64,000 nucleotides of DNA from a virus, in the IMG/VR virus record IMGVR_UViG_3300012359_000028, positions 18,433 through 82,432 of that record; one strand, written 5' to 3'. Shown piece by piece: positions 1 to 10,218 of this stretch. The notes beneath the pieces are model-generated. The model did no database searches. It was given only the letters and a program-made list of their open reading frames with translations, and was not told where the DNA came from. How positions within the stretch are numbered: position 1 is the stretch's first letter; each line of letters starts with the position of its first letter. Position numbers and translations under genes: made by a program.

Positions 1-2
1 CT

Positions 3-1892
3 TGCATAAAAGATAGTCTTGGCGGAGCAGGAGGCGCGGGTAACCTTCAAGTATGTATTGGCTCTCTTGTTAACGGTGCAGTTGTTCTTGGCGGAAAAGG
101 TACAACTGGGCTTAATCCTCCTGCATCATGGGCGAGCACATACGGTCAACAAACTATAGATGGGTCTGTAGTGTGGGTTTGTATTGGCCGTGACACCGGC
201 TGGTTATCAAACACAATTCATTATTTGCCTGCGGCGGGATTTGCTGCGCCAGTTCAGGTTACAGGTCTCGGTGGGGCACAAATTATTGAAGGGACTCCCT
301 CGATTGTTCAATTCGTCTATAATACTGGACTTTCCCAAACACCTGGACCGCCATCATGGAATAATGCGAAGAATGCTACTACAACCGACAATACGATCAC
401 GTGGATAAGTAATGGCCCGCAACTAGCAAACTCGATTTCGTGGGCAAAAGGTTATGCCTATGCTTATTCGTACAAAGCGCGATCAACGACAGATTTCTAT
501 TCGGTAGCAACGGGAACACCCCCAACGCTACCTATTCCTCCTGGTTCGACATTTGGGGCTCTTCCTGCTCCAACAGGCAGTAAGTCCGGTGGAGTGTCCA
601 CAGCCTCTCCTGTGACGCTTATTGTTACTTCGAATGCTGGAGCGCAGAACATTTTGACGATACCGGGTTCTACAGACCCGCAAATCGATACTATTGTGAT
701 CTGGCGCAGTAAGGATGGCGGCGGCTCCAGCAATATGTTCGAGCTGACAGAGATTCCGAATCCAGATGTAATCAATGGAATTGCTGGAACGGCGACATAT
801 ACAGACTTTCAACTTGATTCCATTCTTAACACCCAAATCTTGGCTCCTATTGCGAACGCTAATAATCCTATCCCGACTGGATCAAGCATTCTAGTATGGC
901 ATGCGGGTCGTTTATGGGCTGCAAATGGAAACATTGTTTATTTCTCTGGCGGCCCAGATACATCGCCGGGGGTGGGTCAAGAAAGTTGGCCTCCGGGTAA
1001 TAATTTTGCGTTGCCCGGAAATGTCACGGCTATGACGAGTACAACAGCCGGGCTTATCATTTCAGTGAACGATGATGCGTACGTGACGACGGGAACAACG
1101 TCGGCATCGTTCACGGTTCCGATTTTGTGGCAAGCAAACTTTGGCGTGCCTACGATGAATGCGGTTGCCCAAGATGGCGACAATGTTTTTTTCTTTACTA
1201 CGAAGGGTCAGATTTGGCATTTTTCTGCAAACGGACTCGCCGATATTGGATATTTGAATGCAGTGGATTTTGCCGCAATGACTCCGGCCAACGTCTACAT
1301 CGCAATTCATCGCTCAGGTGCGGACGAAGGCTTATTTGTTAGCAATGGTTCAACGAATCTATGGCGATATAGCCAGAATTCGAATGGGTGGGACCCAACA
1401 TATACTCCAGTCAACGGCGTGAATGCTATCGGTTCCATTGAAACATCGAATGGCACATGGAATTTACTGCTCGGGCGACCTACGGGTTCGGGATTTATTC
1501 TTAAACGCGACTTGACCTTGTACACGGACGACAGCACTGCATACCATGCCTTTTCTACGATTGGATCGTTGGTTCTTGCACCACCCCGTCAAGTAGCAAA
1601 TATCACTTCAGTTCTTTTTCAGGGTAGAGTTATTGGAACGTATCCGACAATTTCGGTTATGCTCAATGAGATCACGGATACGGGCGTGTTTCCAGCGACA
1701 TTTACGGTATTGCCGAATCCGGTGGTTGATCCGCCTCAATTAGTCGGCTTTCAGAACACGATTTATATGAAGCGCCATGATTTTAAGTCGGCTTCGGTTC
1801 CGCTGCCGCAGCATGTGGTGCATATGCAAATTAAGGTCGATTTTGGAAATGATACAGTTGCTAATGAACTCATGGGCTTGGGGCTCGCCTGA
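3..1892 (+). CDS. Tail tubular/nozzle-like virion protein (5'-truncated by window edge)
   Basis: Frame is open from position 3 (CIKDSLGG...) into the 573-aa ORF. Beta-propeller-like segments (WHAGRLWAANGNIVYFS, QDGDNVFFFTTKGQIW) and position before the fibre and ejection genes fit a podovirus tail tube B. Confidence 0.6.
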   Translation, partial: CIKDSLGGAGGAGNLQVCIGSLVNGAVVLGGKGTTGLNPPASWASTYGQQTIDGSVVWVCIGRDTGWLSNTIHYLPAAGFAAPVQVTGLGGAQIIEGTPSIVQFVYNTGLSQTPGPPSWNNAKNATTTDNTITWISNGPQLANSISWAKGYAYAYSYKARSTTDFYSVATGTPPTLPIPPGSTFGALPAPTGSKSGGVSTASPVTLIVTSNAGAQNILTIPGSTDPQIDTIVIWRSKDGGGSSNMFELTEIPNPDVINGIAGTATYTDFQLDSILNTQILAPIANANNPIPTGSSILVWHAGRLWAANGNIVYFSGGPDTSPGVGQESWPPGNNFALPGNVTAMTSTTAGLIISVNDDAYVTTGTTSASFTVPILWQANFGVPTMNAVAQDGDNVFFFTTKGQIWHFSANGLADIGYLNAVDFAAMTPANVYIAIHRSGADEGLFVSNGSTNLWRYSQNSNGWDPTYTPVNGVNAIGSIETSNGTWNLLLGRPTGSGFILKRDLTLYTDDSTAYHAFSTIGSLVLAPPRQVANITSVLFQGRVIGTYPTISVMLNEITDTGVFPATFTVLPNPVVDPPQLVGFQNTIYMKRHDFKSASVPLPQHVVHMQIKVDFGNDTVANELMGLGLA

Positions 1893-4003
1893 TGGCTGTC
1901 AACATTGTAAATAAAGACCTTCAGGATTTGCAGTTTCAAGAAGGACGCCCGACGCAATATACGCCGGTGACATTTCGTCCTACGCGGCCACTTTTGCCAT
2001 TTACGATTATTCCGGGTCCTAAAGAAGTTAGTAGCATTCAGATTATTAAAAATACGTTGTCAGTAGCCTCCACTCCTGCGGACACGGATTTGTTCTTGTT
2101 GTTTCGAGGAACATGGCAATCGTTCATTGCTTACAGTGTGAACGATGTTGTGGTTCAAAATCTTAGCACGTATGTGGCTATTCAAGGTAGTGTAGGGTTG
2201 CGCCCAGATCAAAATCCTTTGAATTGGACAATTTTGGGAGAAAATCTAGTTTTTAGTTCCAATGTTTTACTTTTTGATGGGCATAAACTGAATTTCAGTA
2301 CAGCCGGTAGTAGTCCTGTAATTGGTTCCTTGACTCCTTCTGCTCCGAATGATCTTGCATTTCTTGCCCTGAGTCAACGTGAGACAGACCTAGATTCTTC
2401 ATGGGTAAAATTATATACCAGCGGAGGAGCGGTAGCGGTTGCTATTAAAGCATTGCCGACTGCCGCACCCTTAGCAACCACCCTGACGAATACAGGATTT
2501 CCATGGGGATCGAACTTGTTATTTTTCAAGGGCGGTTTCCCAACACTGACTGGAAGTATAACGTCCGTACAGATCATTAGCAATGTTGTGACTTGCCAAT
2601 GTGTGAATGCATTTATAGTTGGGACTCAAATCATAGTCAATGGATTGGCGGGCGCTAATTTTTTGAACGGTACCCAGGCCCAAATCACCGCCGTGACTGC
2701 GAGTTCATTCAGTTTTGCTTTTACGCACGCGAACTATGGCCCGGCTGCTGATAATGGAACAGTCACGTGGCTGCCTTATTTTCAGATGGTGTCAGCAAGT
2801 TTCCCTGGAACTAACAATAGCAATACGACCGATCATCTCATATTTCCAAACCCAGTTAAATCAGGTAGCCTTCTGGTTTTTGTCGGCATCACGGGAGACA
2901 ATAATGCAGTGGCATCCCTGGTTTCAATTACAGATACGGTTGGGAATACATGGGTGCCCTATGGAGATAGTCACTTCGGGTGTGGTGCCTCAGTAGGTTA
3001 TTGTCAGTCATCGAATTCTGGCACCGTTGATATGGCTTGCTTTGGCACATGGTCTACGCCGTCTGATGTAGGCATAGCTTTTGAATTTCCAGTGGCTATT
3101 ATACAGAGTTGGGAACCTTATGATGTAGTTGAATTTCGTGGCTCAATGTTTGTATGCTTGCGCGAGACGGCCACGGATGCGTTTAGTGATCCTACATCTT
3201 GGGCTTTAATCGGCCCTGGTGTGGGGTCTGTTGATATTCTTTCAGCAAATTATTTGGCTATTTCTACTGATTCCGGCCGATTGCTTTCATTCAATTCCAG
3301 TTCTGCGGTCACATTGACATTGCCGAATCCAGTTTCAGCACCGCCTTCGGGCTCTACAGAAACAGGATGGATGATTTTTGTTGAAAATATAGGAACGGGC
3401 GTACTCACAATTTCGAACAACACTCGGACAATTGACGGTGTGGCCGGAAATTTAACGTTGGGTCAGAATCAGGGTGTTGTTATTTTTGCCGATGCGACTG
3501 GGAACTATAAAACTTACCATGGCATGAATTCAATTGTGGTGCCAAACATTTTCACGGTTACAGTTCCAAATGGATCGGGCCAGATAACAATTGGATTAGC
3601 AACGCAATCTGCAAATACCTTTTGGAGAGGCCCGAGCAGCGGTGCCCCCGCGCAACCGGTATTTGGGCCTATCGTTGCCGGGGATATTCCGTCATCGGCG
3701 TTACCTCCGCTTGCATTGACGGTTGTTGTTTTGACGCAGGCAACGCACACGCTCAGTGGGACTCTTCTTATAAATGGACAGCGTCCACCCGCTGGTGTAT
3801 ATCGACTGAGTGCTAATTTCTTTTTACAGGCCAATCCGAGCGCGGGAACCCTGGCAGTCAGTTTTGGATATAACGATGGAACGGCTGCACGAACTGATTC
3901 ACCGGCATCTATGGATACTTCTGCTTTGAATCTGGGCGAGCATGACATAGTGATTGTTTCCGATGGCATTCACGACATCACTTGGTCAATGACGCTGGTA
4001 TAA
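1892..4003 (+). CDS. Tail fibre/adhesin with carbohydrate-binding-like modules
   Basis: 703 aa, S/T/G-rich. Two CBM5/12-like motifs (GTWQSFIAYSVNDVV...PLNW; WEPYDVVEFRGSMFVC...PTSW). Confidence 0.6.
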   Translation: MAVNIVNKDLQDLQFQEGRPTQYTPVTFRPTRPLLPFTIIPGPKEVSSIQIIKNTLSVASTPADTDLFLLFRGTWQSFIAYSVNDVVVQNLSTYVAIQGSVGLRPDQNPLNWTILGENLVFSSNVLLFDGHKLNFSTAGSSPVIGSLTPSAPNDLAFLALSQRETDLDSSWVKLYTSGGAVAVAIKALPTAAPLATTLTNTGFPWGSNLLFFKGGFPTLTGSITSVQIISNVVTCQCVNAFIVGTQIIVNGLAGANFLNGTQAQITAVTASSFSFAFTHANYGPAADNGTVTWLPYFQMVSASFPGTNNSNTTDHLIFPNPVKSGSLLVFVGITGDNNAVASLVSITDTVGNTWVPYGDSHFGCGASVGYCQSSNSGTVDMACFGTWSTPSDVGIAFEFPVAIIQSWEPYDVVEFRGSMFVCLRETATDAFSDPTSWALIGPGVGSVDILSANYLAISTDSGRLLSFNSSSAVTLTLPNPVSAPPSGSTETGWMIFVENIGTGVLTISNNTRTIDGVAGNLTLGQNQGVVIFADATGNYKTYHGMNSIVVPNIFTVTVPNGSGQITIGLATQSANTFWRGPSSGAPAQPVFGPIVAGDIPSSALPPLALTVVVLTQATHTLSGTLLINGQRPPAGVYRLSANFFLQANPSAGTLAVSFGYNDGTAARTDSPASMDTSALNLGEHDIVIVSDGIHDITWSMTLV

Positions 4004-4012
4004 AGGAAGAGC

Positions 4013-5374
4013 ATGAGTCGCGTTGAAGATGATCTTCGGACGAAGACCTTAGAAGTAGACGGTACGGCGTTACCTCTGGTCCTGATTAGGAGTGCTGCTT
4101 CTCATGCGCAGATCAATATAGATGCCGCAGTCGGGTTTAACTCAGTCCATGAGTTCTTGGCTGGTGGTGTGCCTTTGTGGGCCTACGGTAATCTAGGGTC
4201 TGATAATAGCTTCGTTCTTATCGATAAGAATGGCGTCACGCGATTCAAGATAACTTTGAACGGCGACTTTCAGCACCTTGGCGGTAATGTTTCTGTAGCT
4301 GGTGGGAGTATGAACGCACTCACCGGCTTTCAGCAAAATAGCGGAGCGATTTCGGGACATGTTCTTCGAGGAAATGGAACTAATTTTGTTGACGCAGCAT
4401 TGGCAGCGGCAGATTTGAGTAATGGAGTAACTGGTTCTGGTGCTGTTGTTCTGGCAACATCTCCTTCGTTATTGGGTTCTCCTGTAGCGCCAACACAAGC
4501 CGCTGGTGATAATACCACTAAGATTGCTACTGATGCCTTTGTTACAACCGCTATCAATAACGCGGTTGCCGGGGTGAATCCTGCTGTTGCGGTACAGGCG
4601 GCTACAACTCAAGCAAGTGACACCTCTGGCTTTACATACAATAACGGCGTTTCAGGTATCGGCGCGACTCTCATGGGCTCCGTGAATACCGCCGTAACGG
4701 TTGATGGTTTTACGTTTACTGGTTTAGGGCAACGGTTACTGGTCAAGAATGACACACAATCACCATCTGGAGCATTTAATGGCGTCTATTATGTTACACA
4801 ACTTCAGACTGTGTTGCTACCTCCAGTTTTGACTCGTGCTCTAGATTATGACATGCCATCGGATATCAACAACACCGGGGCGATTCCGGTGGTTAACGGT
4901 TCCGTGAATGCACTCACGAGTTGGTTACTAACTTCAACAGTCAATACGGTTGGCACTGATCCACTTACTTATGCTAAATTTTCTACCGGCCCGGTTTCAA
5001 TCATCGGTATTGATAGTCTTGCATTGGGCGCGGCGGTCACGTCTACACTTCTCTATGCCGTGCCTGCCAACGGTGCAGGGTTATATCGCGTTCTTTGGTG
5101 TGCAAAAGTCACCAGAATCGCCACGACATCATCAATCTTGGGAGGCTCTGCTGGTTTTCAGATTGGGTATACCGATGCTGATGACTCCGTAGTAGTGACC
5201 ACACTAGCCAACCCGACTGGAAATGCAAACGGTAACACCACCGGAGTGCAAATTTCTGGCGTATTTGTCATAAACGCCAAGGCCAGCACGAACGTCAACT
5301 ATCAGATGGATTACACCAGCGTCGGAGCAACGTCGATGCAGTATAGTCTTCATGTTAGACTTGAGAAACTCTAA
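4013..5374 (+). CDS. Tail fibre protein
   Basis: Tail-fibre repeat PVAPTQAAGDNTTKIATDAFV and the common phage fibre motif VDG...GQRLLVKN...NGVYYVT. Confidence 0.7.
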   Translation: MSRVEDDLRTKTLEVDGTALPLVLIRSAASHAQINIDAAVGFNSVHEFLAGGVPLWAYGNLGSDNSFVLIDKNGVTRFKITLNGDFQHLGGNVSVAGGSMNALTGFQQNSGAISGHVLRGNGTNFVDAALAAADLSNGVTGSGAVVLATSPSLLGSPVAPTQAAGDNTTKIATDAFVTTAINNAVAGVNPAVAVQAATTQASDTSGFTYNNGVSGIGATLMGSVNTAVTVDGFTFTGLGQRLLVKNDTQSPSGAFNGVYYVTQLQTVLLPPVLTRALDYDMPSDINNTGAIPVVNGSVNALTSWLLTSTVNTVGTDPLTYAKFSTGPVSIIGIDSLALGAAVTSTLLYAVPANGAGLYRVLWCAKVTRIATTSSILGGSAGFQIGYTDADDSVVVTTLANPTGNANGNTTGVQISGVFVINAKASTNVNYQMDYTSVGATSMQYSLHVRLEKL

Positions 5375-5383
5375 GGAAATTAA

Positions 5384-7795
5384 ATGGCTCTTCCGATCAA
5401 AGTCAATGGGTGGACTAGTTCTCCTACCAACGTAGCGAGCACGTCCAATACGGTTACCTTTAGTCCGGGTGCAAATCATGCGCTTGTAGTGTGGATATTC
5501 AGTACCGCTGCCGTATCGATCATTTCTGACGGGACCAACACTTTTTACAATGTTCAAGGCGCGCTAACCGGGGGCTTGAACGTCGCGCTATACACAACAG
5601 GTCCGCGTAGTTCAAAGGCAGGAACTAATCTTACGATCACGGTCACTTTTGCGTCATCTTGCCAAAGTTCGATAGCCGTCACGGAGTGGTCAGGTGTCGT
5701 GGCTTTTGGGGGTAATGGCTCTCAGCAAGGAACGAGCACAACCCCCACGTATAACATTCAGTCCACGACTAACAACAATAACGTTATCGAGTGCGGATTT
5801 GGAGTCATAGGAACTCAGACTTGGAGTGCTACCGGAAGCACGACGCTTGATCTTCAAGAACAAGGGGCTTCTGGAGGAGCGACTCCTGGATTTGGCGTGA
5901 TGTACAACTCATCACCCACGCCTGCGGCTGTCGGCGTTACGGGAAGTATCTCATCTTCAGGAACGTGGATTGGAATAGGAATTGAATATCGTTCTGAAGG
6001 TATCGCGGTATCACTAGGGGGAACGAGCAGTTCGGACACCACGTCCAGCACCACTAGAACTATAGGTTCGGCGCATATCGTAGCGGATGCAACGGTCATC
6101 ATCTCCTGTGTGGCGGGTGGTGGGGGCGGCGGGCATATCACCAACGTGACCGACACACTTGGAAATATCTACGCCCCGTTAGCGCCGTATGCATTTAACA
6201 CAGCATCAGACGTTATAGATATGTGGGGATGTTTGCAGGCGTCTAAAGGCGGCATAACAACCATCACAATTACATTAAGTGCAGCTTCAACAAGTCATGC
6301 TGCCTTTCAAGAATATACTGGTGTGACGTGCTTCGGCGCGAATAATGTCGAGATTAACACCTTAGCATCGCTTAGCCTCAGCCAAACGACGGTCGATAAC
6401 AACAATTTTGTCGTGTTTGCAGGCGGCGCGCAAGGTACCTCTGACTATACGGTAACATCCGGCACGGCTCGGTGGCATGTGCCTGGGGCAAGTTCAACAG
6501 TCCCCGGTATCCTAATAATGGATAATATGTCGGCATCACCGGCATCGGTTACTGGTACCGCAACGATTACGTCCAGCGCTCTTGAAGGTTTGCTCTCTGT
6601 TGAGTTGCGAACAGGCGGGACCTCTTGGTCCATAGTTAATAAGGGTGGGCCTTTTACGCCCAATAGTGGAGTGCCGGTCACTCTGGGTTTTACGCCTACT
6701 TCGGGTAATCTACTGATTGCAGCAATTCTACTGTCCTCCTATCAAGCAGATATCTTGAAAATCATTGATAACGGAGTCGGTGGTGGTAGTGTTTGGAAAC
6801 CAGCCGGTGATGGGAAAAGTGTTACAGCGCACACCGATGCGGTGACGAACGCAGGCTCAACTATCTGTTTCGCACAAGCTAAGCCCGGCATCACGATCTT
6901 AACGTTTACTACAACGGATGGTACTCAAGTTTCTTCGGTTGAGATTTATGAGGTTTCAGGCTTGAAGAATCAGGTTGCTGATGTTTTTTCAGGTACATCC
7001 AGCGCTACCGGCAATGGGACTTTATATCCCTCCGGGAAGGTATTTACCCCCAAAATTGGGGAGTTCATAGTTAACACGATTTTTTCTGCCCAATCGCTAA
7101 ATAGTATTGATAGTGATTTTCTGGTTGATGTGAGCGGAACGAAAGCATTTGCGCACAGTGCCATCAACTTTGGATTACCTCGTATCTACAACGCAACCTG
7201 GACTTCCGTCTCGAACAGTCAGCCGTATTGTTCCTCCTCGGCGGCATTTGCGCCGGGATCGGGTACGCCATCACAGGACCCGCAGCAACAACTTTTGCTT
7301 CCTTTTCCTGTGCCGATAACAGAACTGGTATATCCCCTTCAAATGGGCGCGGGCGATAACGGATTATTTTGCGCGGTGTTCACCGCGCCATTCGATATGC
7401 TGCTCGGGAAGGCAACAATCGAAGTGACGACGACTATTCCTTCAAGTACAGGTTTCGTTGGAATCTATTCGTCTAATGGAAACACCCTCATTACCGAATG
7501 TCGCTTTGATACGTCGATTATGGGAAAGCAGACGGTAACGCCGCAGCATGGGGTAGGTATCGATAATCTTATAGCGGGTACCACTTATTGGTTTGTGACT
7601 GGGAACACGAGCAACCTGGTTCGGTGTCAAGGTGTAGCGGCTGTGAGTGGTGAGCACTTCCTATCAGTTTTCAATGCTAATCGGATTCATGCTGGCTTTT
7701 CGACCAATGTAATTGCATCCGGTGCTCTCCCTGCGACGCTTGGTCCGGTAATAGATACAATCTACGTTTCCCCTTTAGTGCTTTTCGAATCATAA
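5384..7795 (+). CDS. Large beta-rich virion/adhesin protein
   Basis: 803 aa, S/T/G-rich, with repeated ~200-aa modules. Lies in the structural operon. Confidence 0.55.
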   Translation: MALPIKVNGWTSSPTNVASTSNTVTFSPGANHALVVWIFSTAAVSIISDGTNTFYNVQGALTGGLNVALYTTGPRSSKAGTNLTITVTFASSCQSSIAVTEWSGVVAFGGNGSQQGTSTTPTYNIQSTTNNNNVIECGFGVIGTQTWSATGSTTLDLQEQGASGGATPGFGVMYNSSPTPAAVGVTGSISSSGTWIGIGIEYRSEGIAVSLGGTSSSDTTSSTTRTIGSAHIVADATVIISCVAGGGGGGHITNVTDTLGNIYAPLAPYAFNTASDVIDMWGCLQASKGGITTITITLSAASTSHAAFQEYTGVTCFGANNVEINTLASLSLSQTTVDNNNFVVFAGGAQGTSDYTVTSGTARWHVPGASSTVPGILIMDNMSASPASVTGTATITSSALEGLLSVELRTGGTSWSIVNKGGPFTPNSGVPVTLGFTPTSGNLLIAAILLSSYQADILKIIDNGVGGGSVWKPAGDGKSVTAHTDAVTNAGSTICFAQAKPGITILTFTTTDGTQVSSVEIYEVSGLKNQVADVFSGTSSATGNGTLYPSGKVFTPKIGEFIVNTIFSAQSLNSIDSDFLVDVSGTKAFAHSAINFGLPRIYNATWTSVSNSQPYCSSSAAFAPGSGTPSQDPQQQLLLPFPVPITELVYPLQMGAGDNGLFCAVFTAPFDMLLGKATIEVTTTIPSSTGFVGIYSSNGNTLITECRFDTSIMGKQTVTPQHGVGIDNLIAGTTYWFVTGNTSNLVRCQGVAAVSGEHFLSVFNANRIHAGFSTNVIASGALPATLGPVIDTIYVSPLVLFES

Positions 7796-7809
7796 TTTAG
7801 GAGAAGAAA

Positions 7810-8280
7810 ATGGCAACTTTGAAAGAGCAGATTTCGGTCGCCGCTACCGGCATAACGATTACACTCGCAAGCCTTGGTTCGGGGTCATGGCGTCAAGGTG
7901 CGTTTGTTGAAAACACTACCACCTTGCTGCTTGATTCCTTTGTTCAATTCGTAGTGAAGACAGGTGCAACCGCAGCGGGCACCGTCGATATCTGGCTCTA
8001 CGGGTCTATTGATGGCACGACATATTCGGATGGGGCAACAGGATTAGATGCGGCATTTACACCGACTGCAACTCCGAATCTTGTGTTTCTGGGTTCGATA
8101 AATACGCCAGCGGCGACGACCGCTTATACGTCTAAACTTATGTCTGTGGCGGCTGCTTTTGGCGGCAGTATACCGAAGCAATGGGGGCCTGCTGTTAAGA
8201 ACACGAACGGCGGCGCTCTTGATGCGACCGAAGGTAACTTCTCGAAACAATATCTCGGATTGACATATCAAAGCGTGTAA
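7810..8280 (+). CDS. Putative virion protein
   Basis: AGGAG RBS; beta-rich 156 aa in the structural operon. Confidence 0.5.
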   Translation: MATLKEQISVAATGITITLASLGSGSWRQGAFVENTTTLLLDSFVQFVVKTGATAAGTVDIWLYGSIDGTTYSDGATGLDAAFTPTATPNLVFLGSINTPAATTAYTSKLMSVAAAFGGSIPKQWGPAVKNTNGGALDATEGNFSKQYLGLTYQSV

Positions 8281-8283
8281 CCA

Positions 8284-9027
8284 ATGGCTATTTCTTTCGT
8301 CAACTTTTCTGGTGGCGGGGCACAAAACGGGCCATTTACCACGGTCATATCCTCCGCCCAAAATGTCACTTCTGGGAATTCGTTAGTTGTTGGGTTGCGT
8401 TGGGGAATAACTAGCATTTCAGATAATGCGGGAAATACTTATCAAAACCTGACGAAATTGCTTTGGCCGAACGGAAACTTGGGTGAAGGAAACCAATGGT
8501 TTCTTTGCAATAACTGTGTCGGGAACTCAAATCTTCAAGTAACCGGAAACCTTGTCCCAACAAGTCAGGCTCTAGATATTTACACTACTATAGGTGTATG
8601 GCAGTTCAGTGGCGGTACACTCGTATATGATCAAGGAATCATTGGAAATTCTGGGAGTTCGAGCACAACTCAGACCGTAACAGTAAATCCGCATTATCAG
8701 CAGTCGGTAGTTTGTTTGATCGACATGGTCAACAATCTATCAACTTATTCTGCTAGTGGCGGATTGACTCTGGATGGCGGCAGTAGCGTAAACGGACAGC
8801 AAATTGCTGGTGCGTCGCATCAAATTTTTAACAACGGATTCCAGTCTCAAACGTTTACTATGACTTCGGGAACCTCTGCCGCATGGCAACTTGCCGGGCC
8901 GGTATTTGGGGTCGTGCCGCGCACCCCTCCTCCGATTCGGAATCGTAGAGCTTCTGCTGCTGCAACGTCGCCATTATTTACAGGTCGGTTGTACGCCAGT
9001 TACATAACGTTAGAGCGATTATTTTAA
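8284..9027 (+). CDS. Putative virion/adhesin protein
   Basis: Shares the ISDxxGNTY module with neighbouring fibre proteins. Confidence 0.5.
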   Translation: MAISFVNFSGGGAQNGPFTTVISSAQNVTSGNSLVVGLRWGITSISDNAGNTYQNLTKLLWPNGNLGEGNQWFLCNNCVGNSNLQVTGNLVPTSQALDIYTTIGVWQFSGGTLVYDQGIIGNSGSSSTTQTVTVNPHYQQSVVCLIDMVNNLSTYSASGGLTLDGGSSVNGQQIAGASHQIFNNGFQSQTFTMTSGTSAAWQLAGPVFGVVPRTPPPIRNRRASAAATSPLFTGRLYASYITLERLF

Positions 9028-9037
9028 GAGAGGAAGT

Positions 9038-9526
9038 ATGGGATCAGAAATTCGTGCAGAGTTAATGCCGCTTTACGCTGTATCAGAAGCGGACGCGAAA
9101 TTGTTCATTGAATGGATGCAGATTCAACGGGCAAGCACCAATTTTGATAAGCGCGTTTTGGGTTATCCGCGAACGTGTGTGGTGCAGGTTCAACAGAATG
9201 ATGAAACTATTGTTATGGTTCCGTTGCATTCAGTCTTTATGCTCGAATCATTAGCGCGGAATCCGAATCTCACCGATTCACAACTGGTGCTCGCGCTTAA
9301 TAGCATTGATAAGAAAATTCAGCAAGTGATGCAAGATTCTGGGATGGCAGAAACATTTTTTCAGACAAACAGTGAGCGGTTCGCGGATATATGTGAACGG
9401 CACGGTTGGATTAAGACTCTCTACGATCCGGCTAAGCAAGAGTGGCTGATGAAAAAGAGAGCGAATATCGACTGGACGAAACTTTTAGAGGCGGAAAATG
9501 CGTGTAACGATCAACCCAGTTCTTGA
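9038..9526 (+). CDS. Putative GNAT-fold virion assembly protein (T7 gp13/P22 gp14-like position)
   Basis: 162 aa immediately before the ejection-protein genes; C-terminal FADICERHGW resembles the end of a GNAT fold. Mostly inferred from synteny. Confidence 0.35.
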   Translation: MGSEIRAELMPLYAVSEADAKLFIEWMQIQRASTNFDKRVLGYPRTCVVQVQQNDETIVMVPLHSVFMLESLARNPNLTDSQLVLALNSIDKKIQQVMQDSGMAETFFQTNSERFADICERHGWIKTLYDPAKQEWLMKKRANIDWTKLLEAENACNDQPSS

Positions 9527-10217
9527 TATGTGTTCTATGACGTGGATGTCGCGTCCATCGTACGAATACTGCGGCCCGATTATGTCCTTTAAGGGTGATG
9601 ATACTGCTAAGGCTGCTGAAGCGTCTCAAGCTGAGTTCGCCAAGCAATTGACGGGCCTTTTCCATACGCAATACGGCAAACAGAGCCAAATTTTTGATTT
9701 CCTGACCGGTAAAATGAAGTCGGCTGTCGAAACAGGTGGAATAGGTTATCGTCCCGACTTCCTGGCAGCGGCACGGACTGAGGCTTCCGATGTAAATGCG
9801 CAGCAAACTAAAAATGCTGAGCAAGCCTTTGCAAATAGTGTTTCGGCTCGATCAGGTGGGTCAAAGTTAGCTGGCCTATCTGGCGCTGTGGCTTCGGGTG
9901 AGGCTACTATTGCCGCAGCCGGAGCGGAGCAAGAAGCATCGAGCCAAAATGCAATCACTATGGCGAATGAGCAACTCAGACAGCAAAACTACTGGAACTC
10001 TATCAATGCTCTCACTGGTCAGCAAGCTGTGGCTAATCCACTCGGATATGCGGCAGGCGCGACATCTGGTACTAACGCCGTTACAAATGCTTCAGAGGCT
10101 GTGACGGCCGCGCAAGGTCCTGGCGCGGCGCAAATTATTGGTGGGCTTGTGGGCGGAGCGGCTGATGCTTTCCTTGGCGGTTTTGGTCAGGGTATCGGCG
10201 GCAAAAAGGGAAAATAA
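9498..10217 (+). CDS. Internal virion/DNA ejection protein
   Basis: A/Q/G-rich helical protein with a Gly-rich hydrophobic C-terminus (IIGGLVGGAADAFLGGFG), typical of podovirus ejection proteins. Confidence 0.55.
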   Translation: MRVTINPVLDMCSMTWMSRPSYEYCGPIMSFKGDDTAKAAEASQAEFAKQLTGLFHTQYGKQSQIFDFLTGKMKSAVETGGIGYRPDFLAAARTEASDVNAQQTKNAEQAFANSVSARSGGSKLAGLSGAVASGEATIAAAGAEQEASSQNAITMANEQLRQQNYWNSINALTGQQAVANPLGYAAGATSGTNAVTNASEAVTAAQGPGAAQIIGGLVGGAADAFLGGFGQGIGGKKGK

Positions 10218-10218
10218 T

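Noticed and set aside
1892-9027. Diversity-generating retroelement or invertible tail-fibre cassette
   Set aside because: No reverse transcriptase, template/variable repeat pair or adjacent invertase seen.
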